This document shows, piece after piece, positions 37,053 to 51,004 of a stretch of DNA of 64,000 bases. Every line of letters starts with the position of its first letter. Positions within the stretch are counted from its first letter, which is position 1. The notes below the pieces were generated by a model. It worked only from the letters and a program-made list of their open reading frames with translations. It did no database searches and had not been told where the DNA came from. This stretch comes from Mytilus californianus (Eukaryota): NCBI RefSeq assembly GCF_021869535.1, contig NW_026262668.1, positions 87,730,001 to 87,794,000 of the forward strand, read 5' to 3'. The translations under genes and the position numbers were made by a program.

Positions 37053-37852
37053 ACATGTCCCGGAAAGGAGAAGATATTAGATACGGACATATTTACAGTA
37101 TGGGTATTCAAGATCTGATCTGCGATCAATGAATAATTTTGCATTTACTGGTTTACCTTGCTGTATAATGCCGAGTCAATTCGTGTTGATAAATTAGAAG
37201 AGGGACAAAGATAATTAAGTTTCCGAATGCTCATCTGACTATATATGCATAAACACCAACACTTAAAACTTAAAATACATATAACTGCCAGTGATGTTTA
37301 AGATAATTGTCAGAATACGCGTATTCCATGTTTTAAAACAAAATGATATACAAAAAGAAACCAGCTGCATTGTACGTCAAGACTACATGATACCCCCGAA
37401 TTGTGCATTAGGATTATTAAAGAAGATCTGAAATATTTATACATCTAATAACAACTTAGTAACATTGCTGTGAAAGATAACATACATGAGGATATCCATA
37501 TGCAAATAAATATTGCGACAAAATTGATTTGTCTAGATTTCCCAATACCAACAACATGTTGAAGTATGTGGTTAATGCAAACATTCTAGATCTAGAGTAC
37601 GCTATGTACAATATTACCATAACTCCTATAACTGTGAAATGACAAATCATAAATTTTCAAAATCAAACGATATCTCTGAAATCACGACGCATGTAAAAAT
37701 TTTAAAATTAAAAGGAAGTTTTCATCTATCAATTCTAATGTTCCGTTTTGGTTTCGTGGGAATTGGTAAAAGGAAATTTAAGTTTTTGTAGGAGGTATTC
37801 ATGGACAAACTACAGTTTACCACAATACACCCATCTAAGACTAGCTGATAAA

Positions 37853-38012
37853 ATAAAATTGAGAATGGAAATGGGGAATATGTCAAAGAGACAACAACCC
37901 GACCAAAGAGCAAACAACAGCCGAAGGCCACCAATGGGTCTTCAACGCAGCGGGAAAATCCCGCACTCGAAGGTGGTCCTCAGCTGGACCCTAAATAAAA
38001 TTGTGTACTAGT
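37853..38012 (-). repeat. Dispersed repeat terminus (aataaaattgagaatggaaatgggga family)
   Basis: Close match to 14643-14810. Confidence 0.85.
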
Positions 38013-38339
38013 TCAGTAGTAAAACCACACTTATAAGTAAATGCACAAAGGGGATAAATAACACCTTTCTCGTACTTAAACAACCACATAAACCATTATG
38101 ATACAGCGAAGCACTCCTAAGCTTTTTAGAAAGCTAAAACTTGTTAACATATGTTTTATATGTTTACGGAAGTAACATTAATGGTAGAAGGGTCGTTTTG
38201 TATCATATAATTAACGCAATTTCCGGAGCAAGATCGAAGGCTCTCCGAAAATTCTCTTAGTTCTGCGTTTAACTGATTGTCGCGTTTATGAGCTTCGGTC
38301 CTTACTTGGAAGTTAACCATAAATGTATTGTGTAAACTC

Positions 38340-38630
38340 ATCATCGATACATTTTGTAGCAGGCTATAAAAATGTTCACCAGATGCTCGTTTCAACTCTA
38401 TGAGACTCATCTGCAGTGATTTATATTTAAAAAGGCCAAATAAAGTACGAAGTTGAAGAGCATTGAGGACCCAAAATTCCGAAAGGTTTTGGCAAATACA
38501 GCTAACTTAATCTATTCCTGGGGTAGACAATCCTAAGTACTTTTTAAAAAAATCAATGTTTTGTAAACAGTTAATTTATAATTACTATTATGACCATATC
38601 AATGATAATGCATGTCAACACAGAAGTGCT
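38340..38630 (-). mobile_element. Penelope-like 3' UTR module with a decayed hammerhead (38376-38420)
   Basis: Minus strand tcactgca GATGA gtctcatagagtt GAAAC gagc ATC tggtga. 38445-38630 aligns with 22020-22210. Confidence 0.65.
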
Positions 38631-40199
38631 TACTGAAAGACCTTCAACAACACGGCGGCGACCACATGTTGGTCGATAGAATTATCTCCGGTTTTTTTCA
38701 AGTTCCTTTTTAAGAGGCTTATCTGTCGGGTATATGATTTCCCACAAATTCATATATCTGATTACTGAACAATATGATGATAAAATAAAATAAAATAGAC
38801 ACACAATAACATCGGGGGCTCATCGGGTAGCACTTGTCTCAAATCACCTTTCATAACTTTAAGTCTTGCAAAAACCTGATGAATGTTTTTTTTTTCTCAA
38901 AACAACTCGTGCTGTGCGTATGGATATCTAAATCTGACATTTGTTTTTCTTAAAAAAAGTGTTTTAGCGAATACAAACATAATCAAATCAACCGAACAAG
39001 GTGAATAATTAAGTAAATATTAAATAATTTAATGTATTTCAGGTAAAGATTGAAATAGTTTTGTTTCTAGAAAAAGAAACAAAGGTAAATGAATAAGCTG
39101 TAATATCAATGGTTTAAATCTACTTAAAACACAATTACTAGTATTTACTAAACTTCAGTTGATTGTTTTGAAGGAATAACCAGAACAACAATTATTGTGT
39201 TTGTTAATTTGGCTGTATCACTGATTCTAGAAATAAAAGAAAGATTTCGGAAACTTCTAATTTTATTGGCTTACGGGTTTCATTTCCAAATGAACTAACT
39301 GATGACCAATGACATGAGATGTAGAACGCTCGCTTGGTTCGACAAAACATATCAATTAGTGATAATAGTTTTATTGTCATATACACATAATTAGTTTGTG
39401 ACAAAAAAACAAAAACAAACAGAATATAACAAAGAAATAACAATTCTATAAGAAAAGAACACATGGAAAGAAATATAAGACTTCTGCCCTCAGTTCTGAT
39501 GACTGTTTTATGAAGGAAACAATCTGTTTAACATGTTCCATGATAGAGGGGATTAGCATTTCTTTTACTTTTTGTTCTTGGGTAAGAGACATAAAATTAT
39601 GAGATAGTAAACAAATTTCAAATAGATTATCCCTTAGTTTTTTGTTAAAGGAGGATTCCAGGAGGAAGTGTTTATCATCCTCAAGCAAGTGGCACAGTCA
39701 GAAACAGATATGTCACGCTAAGACTGTGCGGACTGAAATGATTCAAAGTCGAATAGAAATTACTTATGAATATACCACATGCAGCAAAAGGGAGAGCATA
39801 AATATTCCAGTAAAGAAACAACTTGCCTTGATATCCAGTATTTTACTGGATTGCATGAAATATATACCTATTATTGTATAAACATTAAATAATGCGTTAG
39901 TTTTTAAATCATCATGTTTTAGCCAGAATAGTTAATTCAACTTACTTACATTGATCAGTAGCTAATTCGTGTAATCATTCTTAAGTTTTGTGAGAATAAA
40001 TAGATAATTGTATAATTTAGATGAAAAAACAGAAATCACCAAAATTGAAATTATATCGTTATGCTGTGACCTGAATGATTAATACCATGAAGTCTTAAGT
40101 AAAAACATACATCAATTGCTTCAATGGCGTACAGAACTAATCTTAAATCTTGAAAAGGATACAAACAAACGTCATTAATTTCAAGACAAATAGATATAT

Positions 40200-40930
40200 A
40201 CCAAGTAAAGAATTTTAGAATTTAAATTATAAACAGAATATGGAAATAAAATCGTCATGTTGTAAATCGATTATTGGCATCATAGTTGTTATGAAAGGAT
40301 TGTTACTTATTTCAGTTTGCTTGGACAAAATGAATACCTGAAAAGATTTATATCCTGAAAACTTTTGTACATGAAATAGTTGAACGGCTTAAAGAACTGA
40401 ATCTCAAAGACACAATGTAAAAAAGATCAAAACATACCTCATTAATTTAAAAACAAAGAGAGATATAACAAATAGAGAATTATATAGAATTCAAATTATA
40501 TAAAGAATATTAAAAAAATGGAAGTAAAATTGTCTTGATGTTAATCGGTCATTGGTATTATAGTTATTAAGAAGGGATTGTTACTTATTTCAACTTGTTT
40601 TGACGGAATGGTTACCTGAAAAGATTTATATCTTGAAAACTTTTGTACATCAATTAGTTGAACGACTTGCGGAACTAAAACTCTATCTAGGACACAACTT
40701 TAACAAGATCAACAAAAACCGCATTAACTTTAAAAAAAAACAAAGAAATATATAACAAATAGAGAATTTTATAATTCAAGTTATAAACAGAATATGAAAA
40801 AAAAAATGGAAATAAAATCGTCTTGCTGTTAATCGGTTATAAGGGTTATTAAACAAGGAGTGTTACTTCTTTCGACTGGCTTTGACGGAATTGATACCTA
40901 AAAATATTTATATCCTGAAAACTTTAAACA
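40200..40930. repeat. Diverged tandem triplication, unit about 280 bp
   Basis: acctgaaaagatttatatc anchor at 40336, 40614 and 40896. Confidence 0.85.
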
Positions 40931-41199
40931 TAAAGCGCTGTTCCTTTGTTTTTTGTTTGTTTTTTTTTGCTGTGTATGTACTGATTTTGTGTCATGGATG
41001 AATACCCCAAATCCTGTGTGTGCTGTTCTATTATAGTTATTACAATTCAAAGAGATACATAACGAGTTTAATGTTGATTTTTTTTTCACAAAATATCGTG
41101 TGACAATTTTGTTTTGTCTAAAAATAATCTTTCAAACCTATGATGCTCGCTAAAATTAACTATCAAACTAACAAAAAGACTTATATGTAGGTATACCAA

Positions 41200-41575
41200 A
41201 GGGTTGACTGCGATATGGAAATAATTCCATCTGGATTTCCCCCCAGCAGGCAGTAAAACCGATGCTAAAGACGGTCGTCCGTTCAGTTGTGCGGTATATA
41301 TAAAGAATGTCCGGTCGGAAAGGGAACATTAAATTCGATGCTTCATTTGTTCAGAGTGTTGCGCTTTCTGCATGTTGAAGAAACTTTGAGTCTACTAAGT
41401 TGCCTGATGTAAGACATAATGCATGTTCCTATCAAACTCTTTCCCTAGTGCCAGTTTAAATCACCTTTCCTTCATCCTGGTCTGTCCACCTTTCAAAACT
41501 TAAATATTGGAATTATAATTATATTTTAAATTTGTTCTCGTCCTGAATAGAAATGAAATATTTACCACTGGGCAC
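41200..41575 (+). mobile_element. Decayed SINE (Nin/Deu-like core)
   Basis: Central ggtcggaaagggaacattaaa...gcgctttctgcatgttgaagaa. The 3' tail ttctcgtcctgaata...ccactgggc is shared with the SINE at 2164-2527. Core name is from recall. Confidence 0.55.
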
Positions 41576-41636
41576 TGATTCTAGCAAAACATCTTTATAG
41601 TATTATCCATCATCTTTCCAACTCTTTTTTTTAAAT

Positions 41637-41777
41637 ATCAATTCGTTTGATTGAGAAGGAGAGTTGTCAACACTTGTGTCCTGTTTAAATTGTTGACGTC
41701 GAGTACATCAATTCGTTTGATTGAGAAAGAGAGTTGTCATCACTTGTGTCCTGTTTAAATTGTTGACGTCGAGTACA
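41637..41777. repeat. Tandem duplication, 2 x 70 bp
   Basis: atcaattcgtttgattgagaa starts at 41637 and 41707. Confidence 0.92.
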
Positions 41778-42229
41778 GTATGACCTCAAAATCCGATTTG
41801 ATATACTAATTCATATAAATGGAAAGACAGTATATTCTAATACGATGTACTCATTACAGCTTCTAGTACAATTACTTCTTATACAGGACGTATACCATGT
41901 CCAATGCCAACTATGGTATTAATAGTATAATAATGAGTACATTGAATTTTATCCATCTTATAATACCCATTTAACTCGCCAGCTCGACAATATCAATAAT
42001 ACTAAAAGAACGAATCTGCCACATTTTCCTGAAAATGCGTGGCGCAAACTGAAAGATATATATCTTAGAGTGGACAGGTTAATTGATGTCGCATTAGCAT
42101 ATAAACTATTACATACATAAACATGTTTTGCGTTTATTTACAAATGCGTTTTGAAATTAAGCCATGCAATCTTCGGACCCATCAAAAAGTTGCTATAATG
42201 GATTTTAACGTGCAAAAATCGTGTCACTC

Positions 42230-42390
42230 TCTCTACACGAGGCATCGGATTTAATAACCACATTCTAACCGGAAGTGGCTACGAATTTAACCCGCACAGC
42301 CAAACGGACGCCCAATTTTGGCAACGGTTTTATTTCCGGTCGGAAAAAAGACCACAGTCAATCCTTGGAGTTAAATTTCTTTTGACGTCA
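42230..42390. promoter_or_regulatory. CpG-enriched segment with ETS-like and CRE motifs
   Basis: CCGGAAGT at 42269-42276, TTCCGG nearby, TGACGTCA at 42382-42389. No linked exon identified. Confidence 0.25.
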
Positions 42391-43599
42391 CACATATTCC
42401 TATACTAGGAGTTTTTAATGAAAGGATGTATCTAGTTGTGTTTAAATGTTGTTTGCTCTGCCAATTACAATTTTAGGGAAAGAAGGATTTGGGAAATAAA
42501 TGTTCTTGTCTGGAAAAAAAACTGACAAAAATAACCTTACCCAAGACAAGATGGAAATATTTGTTTGCCCAACAAGATGCAGGGAGGATTTAGCAATAAA
42601 AAGAAAGATGACCGATATTTAATACTATAATTTAAGCTATAATACTAGATTAACGGCAAAAGCTACTAGGAACCACTGTAATAAATTTTCTAATTGTATT
42701 TCCCCAATGTAATATATAAATTCTTGTGTAAGCTAGTTACTTAAAATTTGAAGCAAACCATGTGACTTTTATACACTGAATTACGTTTTTAACCACACAA
42801 GGCAACCATGCTGTGCTTTTCTGTTCCTACATGAGTTCGATTGTTGAAAAAGAAGCCTCGAGGCTTCGATGCAGGTCTGTATTTGCTACAAAATTGATTC
42901 AACTATTGCGAGTAATAAATTCCGCGTTTTTACCGGATACGTTTATAATTATTTAACTGAAATTATTTTGAAAATATAAAATTGCCTTATTACACAAAAA
43001 TTCACCTACCTTCATCAATACTGTCGTATCACAGGGAATGGTAGTTTACAAAACCAATATTCCTCAAGGTTTATATATTCCATGGAGCACCAATAACCTA
43101 CCACTTGTACTGTTATTGGTCGAATTTAAAATGTCATGCTGGTTACTATCAAAATGATAATTTAACTATATCTTTTAAGTATGAGTTAATAGTTCGATCA
43201 TTTTTGCTTTGAACAAAAGAAGATCAAGAAAAAATTAATGCCTTCAACGAATGCATTGCTTTAGATAATAAAAGATTAATGGTTATCAAAGATACTACAA
43301 GCTGCTAAAATTAAAGCTTAGAAATAATCTTAATCGAAGAAAAAAAAAGATGATTTTTATAAATCTAGATTCTTAATGATTTAATACATTTTTACAGTAT
43401 TTTCACTACTTTCTTATCTTCATTTATCAAAAAGGTCGCATTTTGAAATGTGAAAACTTAATGATAATGCCTAATGAACCTATTCAAATAATCAACAGAA
43501 CAATCTGAAAAAGAATCACGAAAGATGTGACTTGTATAAAAAGTCTTCAAGATAGAACTAAATGAGTAATAATAAAGTGGAGGTATGACAGATTTTCCC

Positions 43600-44960
43600 A
43601 GATTTTTTCGCTCACAAGGTTAATATCCGCGAGTCAAATTCAAAGAGCTTAAGTAATATAATTATTGAAAAGATTTTTTTTAGCAATTATCACATGTAAA
43701 TCCATAATATCGAACTGTTATTCGGTACTATAGTCAAGCGGATATCAGAATAATTGACCACTTTAAGGTAAAAGAACAGTTTTAGTTATGATGCAAATGA
43801 ACATTTTTGGATATGAAGCCACGAAAAAAAAAAATCCAATATGGCCGCAAAATTAAAGATGGCCAACATAAGGTACTGGGAATACAATACCATACACTTA
43901 ATGAGGTCTACTTATAAGCTCAAGTTCATTTCATTTTCATGTAGGATATCAAATATAAGCCCAGTTAATAACTTTCTAAATATTATCAGGTTTTCTACTT
44001 TTTTGTTCACGATTATTCTCACAAGTGAAATATATACCCCATAACCTATGAAAATGCTAAAATAAAAAACATGTATTTGTTGATCTAAAATACATAGAAT
44101 ATAAACACTTTAATTGAAAAATTGATGTATTCTGATATTCTGACCGTTATTGTAATAACTAAATATATTTGGTTGCATTTCATCTTATTGGAAGCAATTT
44201 TTGTAGTCGGAATACGAGGAAGATTGAAACTTTCCGATTTGAAGATTTTCCAATTTTTAACCTTATTTTGCATTTGTTTATCCAAACTTTATTTTAATCA
44301 TTAATTTGATGGTTATCATTTTATAGAACACTATTTAAGCTTTCTGATGAACACCAATACTTGGTAAATTTTTTAGGGTAAAACCTTAAAAATTGAAAAT
44401 ATTACCCATACCCAACATATTTCAACTAAAAACTATGAATTTCAAACACTGAACATTTTTAATCATTCAACTTAACAATAATCTGGTAAAAAACAGTAGT
44501 ATTAACATACATCAGATGTATATTCAAGCTATAGTTGAGTACATATATGGGGTATCAAATGAAAGCCAAGGTTATAAGCTTTCTAAATATTATCAGATTT
44601 TCAGCTTTGTTGTTCACGATTATTCTCACAATTGAAATATATACATCTTACCCATGAAAAATTAGCAAAAAACTAACAAAAAGTCCATCAATTGTTAAAA
44701 AAAACACCAAAAATATAAAGGACAATTGATTATTTAAGTAGTGGACATATTTGTTGATATTTATTGAAAAAAAATGAATGTCTGAGATTTCATAGAAACA
44801 CCACAATAGTTTTAATAGGATTAATACTACTATTGAAAAATATTACCTCTATCTCCCAAAAGTTTCAACTAGAAACTGTGAATTTTCGCAAATGAACAAC
44901 TTTAATACTTCAGCCGAAGTATAATCTAGCAAAAATTAGTAGTAACTATGTACAACAGAT
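43600..44960. repeat. Probable non-autonomous DNA element with internal diverged direct repeats
   Basis: 43905-44070 resembles 44520-44680 (tttctaaatattatcag...gttcacgattattctcaca). 44430-44490 resembles 44873-44935. Ends not resolved. Confidence 0.5.
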
Positions 44961-45179
44961 ATATTTAGAAACAATTTAACATAACTTTGATCAATTCTAC
45001 TGATAAAATCGCAGAAATTCTAGTTTTCGAAATGCTACCTTTGTAGATTATGTTAACACATCTGTATATGTGTTACGATTTGTTTTTTCTTCACGATTTT
45101 CCTGATGTACATACTCCTATATTCTTTTAAGAACACAAACAAGAATATCATTATTCTGGAATATCATTATTCTGGAAAT

Positions 45180-47140
45180 ACTCAAGAAAACACAAATGAA
45201 AACGATGAAAAAATAATAAAATTGGAATTGGGATTTAGTAAATGATTTAAAAAACAATATTCCACAGGAAAGAACGGACATGAATTTTGAAAGTCTAAAC
45301 CAAATATCATGTGATAATATTGACCAATTGAAAGTTGATACAATTTTTTGGTGATGTTTGTAAAATTATTCTAGATTCGGGAAGAAATACGTTTGGTATT
45401 TTCAAACCAAAGAAAGCAAAACCAGGCGAAAAACCTTGGTTTGATGAGGAATGCAGATTTGCTAGGAAAAATTATAGGAAACTAAAGAGAAATATTACTA
45501 CAAAATCTTCTGTTCAACAATAGCAGAACTTACGACTAACTGAAAAAATACAAAATAATCTAAGATAAAAAAAAATAAATTACATAGTAAACAAATGATG
45601 AAAGAAATGAAAAATTTTAAATCGAAAAATCCAGGAGAATTCTGGAATCTTTATAGATAAAAATCATGGGAAAAGAAAACAACAACCTTATATATCTTTA
45701 TTTAATTTTTTTTAAAGGACTAGATTCTGCTGATGTTGAGACAGCTGCCACAGGTATTGACCCAAATCAACATGGGAAAAATAATAATGATATAAATATC
45801 TCTATTACAAGGGATGAAATAATATTGTGCATTAGAAAAATGAAAAAATAATAAAGCATGTGGTAAGATAGAGTTATTAATGAGTGTATCAAATATAATA
45901 TTTTTACCATTTTATGAAAAAGTGTTTTAATAATATGATATTTGACACAGGTATAACATATTATATAAAACTGTTTGTTATTCAAAGTACTATTGGAAAA
46001 AAGTGCTGATGATTCACAGAAACGGGTGGATTCTTTCAGTGAATACTGTAATGTTTGGAAGCTTAAAGTTAACGCCATGACTACTAAAGTGATGATTTTT
46101 TCTAGAGACAGAATGCCGCCAAATTTACATTTTAATTGGATGGCACTGATGTTGATATTGTTAAAGAATTTAACTTTTTTGGCATTTTGTTACTAGAATT
46201 GGTAATTCTAAAATAGCACATAAGCACCGAGCAGAAACGGCCACAAAAGCTAAGTTTAATGTGTTGAAGTCGTGCCGCATACATAATCTTTCCGTTCAGT
46301 GTCACTTGGATCTATTCGATAAATTTGGTAAACCCATACTTCTGTATGGATGTGAAATTTGGGGGCATGGTTATGTAGAAAGAATCCATCTGAGATTCTG
46401 TTACTTCTTTTGAAACTAAAAAATTCAACATCTAGCTATATAGATATCATTTGCACATTGAAATTGAATTAAATATAGTATCTTATTGGTTTAAATTAGT
46501 ATCTGCTAAATAGACTAAATTATCTTCTATCGCATATACACTATTAAAAACACTTTTTACTGTTAATAATTTTTTTTGTACAGTTTTTGTAAGTAAGGTT
46601 CAAAATATATTGGATGAATGTGATTTTTCAAATATTTGGACTTCTCAAAGTTTTGATAACGATATATGGTTAAAAAATTTAGTACAGCTGTGATAACAAG
46701 ACCAATGGAAACAATACTGGAATACACAATTTCAAGTGTCTACAAAAGCAAAAAAAAAAAAAAAATTCAGAATTTTTAAGTTTGCATTAATTTTTCAAAA
46801 ATATTTTGAGATTTTGGATCTGCACGAAAGTATTATTTTATGTAAATGTAGAACCACAAACCACAGACTCCCAATAGAAATATGGAGGTAGAATAACGTT
46901 GAAAGAAATGATAAAATCATCCTTGTAATTTTGGTAGCATTGGAGACAAATTTCATTATCTGCTAGAATCTCCGTGTTTTAAAGACAGTAGGAAATTCTA
47001 CCTCGAAAAATACTATTTGGCTCGTGTAAATACATTTAAGTTTCAAAAACTGACGAGCCAATCAATCAAAAAAGCAAAGCTAAAAAGATTATGTAAGATC
47101 ATAAAGTGAGTTAACAAATATGTAGGTCCTCCTGGCTAAA
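45180..47140 (+). mobile_element. Decayed non-LTR retrotransposon (LINE ORF2, clade uncertain)
   Basis: KPWFDEECR, NPGEFWN, ITRDEIILCIRKMKNNKACG, SADD, WKLKVNAMTTKVMIF, KPILLYGCEIWG, RTTNHRLPIE, GDKFHYLLE, with many stops. Confidence 0.88.
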
Positions 47141-47479
47141 ATGTATATTATTTTGAAATCACTGTATTGTATATAAATGTTTGTAAATAGATGCATATTT
47201 CTGTACATAGTTTACACCCTCTCTGTACCTATGTATCTGCAATGGTTATGAGAACAAAGATAGTGTTGTTAGGTGATGTTGTTTTTTTAATATCAGATAC
47301 GATTCCTGTAAACTGATTGGTCCTTTGAATAAAGTTATTCTTAAAGGTTCTATTTAACGCCGTAGTAAAATCTGAGAACATTGTTTTTATAGGTACCATT
47401 ATTTATTTTGTTTTGAAAAATTAAAACATAACTAAATATATATTGCTAAATATGTACAGTTAGGAGAACTTATAATCCT

Positions 47480-48115
47480 ACATCCTGTCGCTACCTTTTT
47501 TCTTATAAGTTGTCATTTCACAAGTCATGCTCATTTCTCAGACTGTTTGTGAAATCTTTACACTAAATCCGTTGTTTGTGTACCTGATTGATACTTTAGT
47601 CTGGATGAAAATTATTAATCTATTTTTTTGTACTACTCTTCTATCTGTGCTTTGTGTCTTATGTTTTTATGTTAGTTGGTATTTTTGTTCTTCGTACCGA
47701 TGAATTGAGTTTAGCCATTTGCAACTGACGTTTACAATTTTTTCTTATGTTGTGCTATAAAACCAGTGTCACAGGTAGGGGAGGGTTGAGCGCTCACAAA
47801 CATGTTTAACTCTGTCGCGTTCTTTACGTTCCTGTCTTAAGTCAGGAACCTGTAATTAAGTGGTTGAAGTTGGTTCATATTTGTCATATTTGTTTTTAGT
47901 AAATTAAAATGTTAAAAGTAAGGCTGTTAGTTTTCTCGTTTGAATTGTTTCATGTCGGCGCCTTATGTAATAGCTGACTATACGGTATGGGTTTTTTCTC
48001 ATTGTAGAAGGCCGTACAATGACCTATACTTTCTTATATTCTCGTCATTTGAACTCTGGTGGACAGTTGTCTTGTTGGCTATCATATCACATCTCCTTAT
48101 CTTTATATGTAAAGT
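47480..48115 (+). repeat. Penelope-like 3' UTR/terminal module without RT
   Basis: Colinear with the reverse complement of 5640-6330. The terminal part also matches 49735-49830 (-). Confidence 0.75.
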
Positions 48116-50151
48116 TACAAATTAAAATTCGCACTTTCTCTAGGTATAATATATTGATGCTATAGTCTACAAAACAAACACAATAACATTTTCTATAGTT
48201 AACTAGTTCTAGTCTAGTAAAAACGATTGGAAGGAATTTATGATATTGAAAACAAATGCATGACCATATGATTCAAACTTTACGGATATTAGTTGGTCTC
48301 AAACTTTGAACAACCAGACACCGAAAAATAAAAGAACATAGAAGATTGAAAATAAAACATATACGTTTAAGTGTTCTACTTGACTGGATTTCCCACTTTT
48401 TTTATGAGAGTTATTATTTTCTTTTTTAGAAAATACCAAATGTCAAATAACTACATATGTTTTCTCTTAAATTATTAAAGGGAAACTAAAATTACTTGTT
48501 ATCAAGGGAGAAATTATAAGAAATTTATCAAAACTGAGGGTTAAGGACAAACCAGCCCACAAGTACCTGAAAATATATTGAGTTTGATATCAGAAAAGCT
48601 CGATGCATTATTCAATGATCTTGTCATATTACAACAGCAAGTTATTTTTGAAATTATTCTATTTCTATGAGTATTTAGCAAAGTATTTTTTCAACTATGT
48701 GACGCAAAGTTTAGTCTTCGGTATCAAAATCAAAGTAAAGATTGATAAACATACGTATTTTGTTTTATTCTTATACAACCAATTACAACGGTTCTGAAGT
48801 CATGATACAAAAAGAACATACCTTAGCAAAAAAATGTTTTGCAGTCCAGGAATTTGAAATTACCCCACATTTCGTGTCTTCATTTAGAGAGCGATACATA
48901 TTTAACACGGGTGAAACAACGTTCTAAATCACGGGTAGTCACGTCGTCATATCGAGGAGCGTTTATTAAAGTGATTTGTCATAGTTTGGTCGAGTTTTGG
49001 TTAAGTGTTTCTGAATGATAAACAATGAAAAAATGTAAAATAGGGTTTTTTTCCTTAAATAAGTTATGAGGTTAGATTTCGCTAAGTAAATAGCTTTTAT
49101 GTTTGTAATGAAAATTTCGAATTACATAGGTAATAATATGAAACATTTAACGCTTGCGTACGAATATTTTTTAACACATACAAAAAAATAGTGTTCTTTT
49201 TCAGCGGGAAACAACACATTATTTGTAGTAATTAACAACTTTCTTTTAAATATTTTTTTAAAAAATCGCCACGTTTGCAAATAATGTAATATATTTATGA
49301 AAATTCAGTGTCATGATTTCGTTAAATAATGTCTTGGTTTGGTCCATGTTTGCAATGGTTTATTTCTATAATTCATATCAAACATATGAATTAATTAGTG
49401 AGATAGATGAACAAATGAATAAAGATAAAATACAATTATCTAAATAATTCAAGTCTACAACGTTATTGAAAATACATTTATAAAACGACGACAAGCTTTA
49501 ATGATAACAGCTTCAATAATGTGGTTTTCACTTGGAAAATGTCAAAGACATAAATAATGAAATTACATATAGCAATGTTACTAATTTGTATTTTAGAATG
49601 GAGTTCTGCTGTCGATAGTATTTGCTGAAAATGTGGATTTATTTTCAATTCTGGGACACATTAAATACTTAACTATGGAGACCGAGTTATCTCGATTAAA
49701 CAAAAAAACTACAAAAGACGACAATATAAAAATATGAAGATGTGGTATTATTGCTTAGGATACAACTATCCACCAGATTCAAAATGACGTGGATGTAAGC
49801 AACTATAGGTCACTATTTAACTTTTAACAACAATGCTCAAGAAGAAATACCATTTAGTAACTATAAAAGATCCTAACATGGAAAAAAGTGAAACAATTCA
49901 ATCGAGAAAACCAACGGCAAAACTGGTTACGTATTGCAGCATCTTCAAAACAATTGGATATGCCAAGGAGATGCTTAATACTTACAAAAGTTTGTTCAGA
50001 AGGGACCTATTTTTATTTAGCAATTTGTGATTTAAGAATGCAGAACTTGTATCTTTTTTTTAATTTTAGATGTTAAAGCGGATCAGTTTTGTCTTGAAAA
50101 AACTAGAGGTAAATGTTTTGGCAAATCGCTTTTCCATTATTCCACAATATT

Positions 50152-50159
50152 GAATAATG

Positions 50160-50190
<31 letters not shown>

Positions 50191-50206
50191 TTATAATAAT
50201 AATAAT
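50152..50206. repeat. (AAT)n microsatellite
   Basis: Read directly from the sequence. Confidence 0.95.
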
Positions 50207-51004
50207 CCTTATTTCAACAGGATAACATATTTAGTCCAAAGGCTAGTTTATAAGGTGTAATACCACCAAATCATAGTACGTCACATCCGGTTTCAAAAAA
50301 TATTCCCTTGAATTTGACAGTTGTAGGAAACTAATCCTACATTTCATTGCAGTAAAAAAAATCTGAGCCATAAACATATATTTTGGGGGTTTCAAAGCAC
50401 CATTGTTTTTTTATTTGGTGTTTTTATAAAATATTTTGGAAAGTTGAGGTTACATGGTTACATGGTTACTAAAGCTTCTAAACAGGGAAAAAGGGGTGAA
50501 AATTTGATTGGTTTACTTCCAGTGATGGTTATTATCTTATTATGCAATGAAATATTATGTGAAATTTGGTCTGTAGTACTGGACAGGATAAAACTTTACT
50601 CATGCCAAGTACGTCTTTATTTGAAACAAAGATAAATTCTGCAAAATGTTTTGAAACGTGCCAATTTAACAAAGACAGGGGAAAACAATGGTGGTATTAC
50701 TCCTACAATAAGCTCCAGTGTGTTATACATATATTACAACATAAAGTATAAAATTCCATTATAAAAATGCTTATACAAATATTAAACTAGTATACTGTTA
50801 TTAGGCTTAAACAAAATATTCTTCAATATATAGCTTTACTTAATTCAATTGTTTCAAATTTGTAGACAATATGTTCCATAAAATACTTCCAGATATCAAT
50901 AAGGAGCGGTTATATTTTTCAGTTTTACTTTGTTGGGGAAAAAGCATATTACAAATACTTTGTGTAGTTGTTCTAGAACTAACCAGATGCACGTATCTAA
51001 ATAT

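Noticed and set aside
38156-39881. Protein-like ORFs (38156-38410, 39204-39464, 39446-39688, 39642-39881) as a third gene
   Set aside because: No consistent splice phases, several in-frame stops, and the start of the first is repeat-derived. A pseudogene remains possible but could not be supported.
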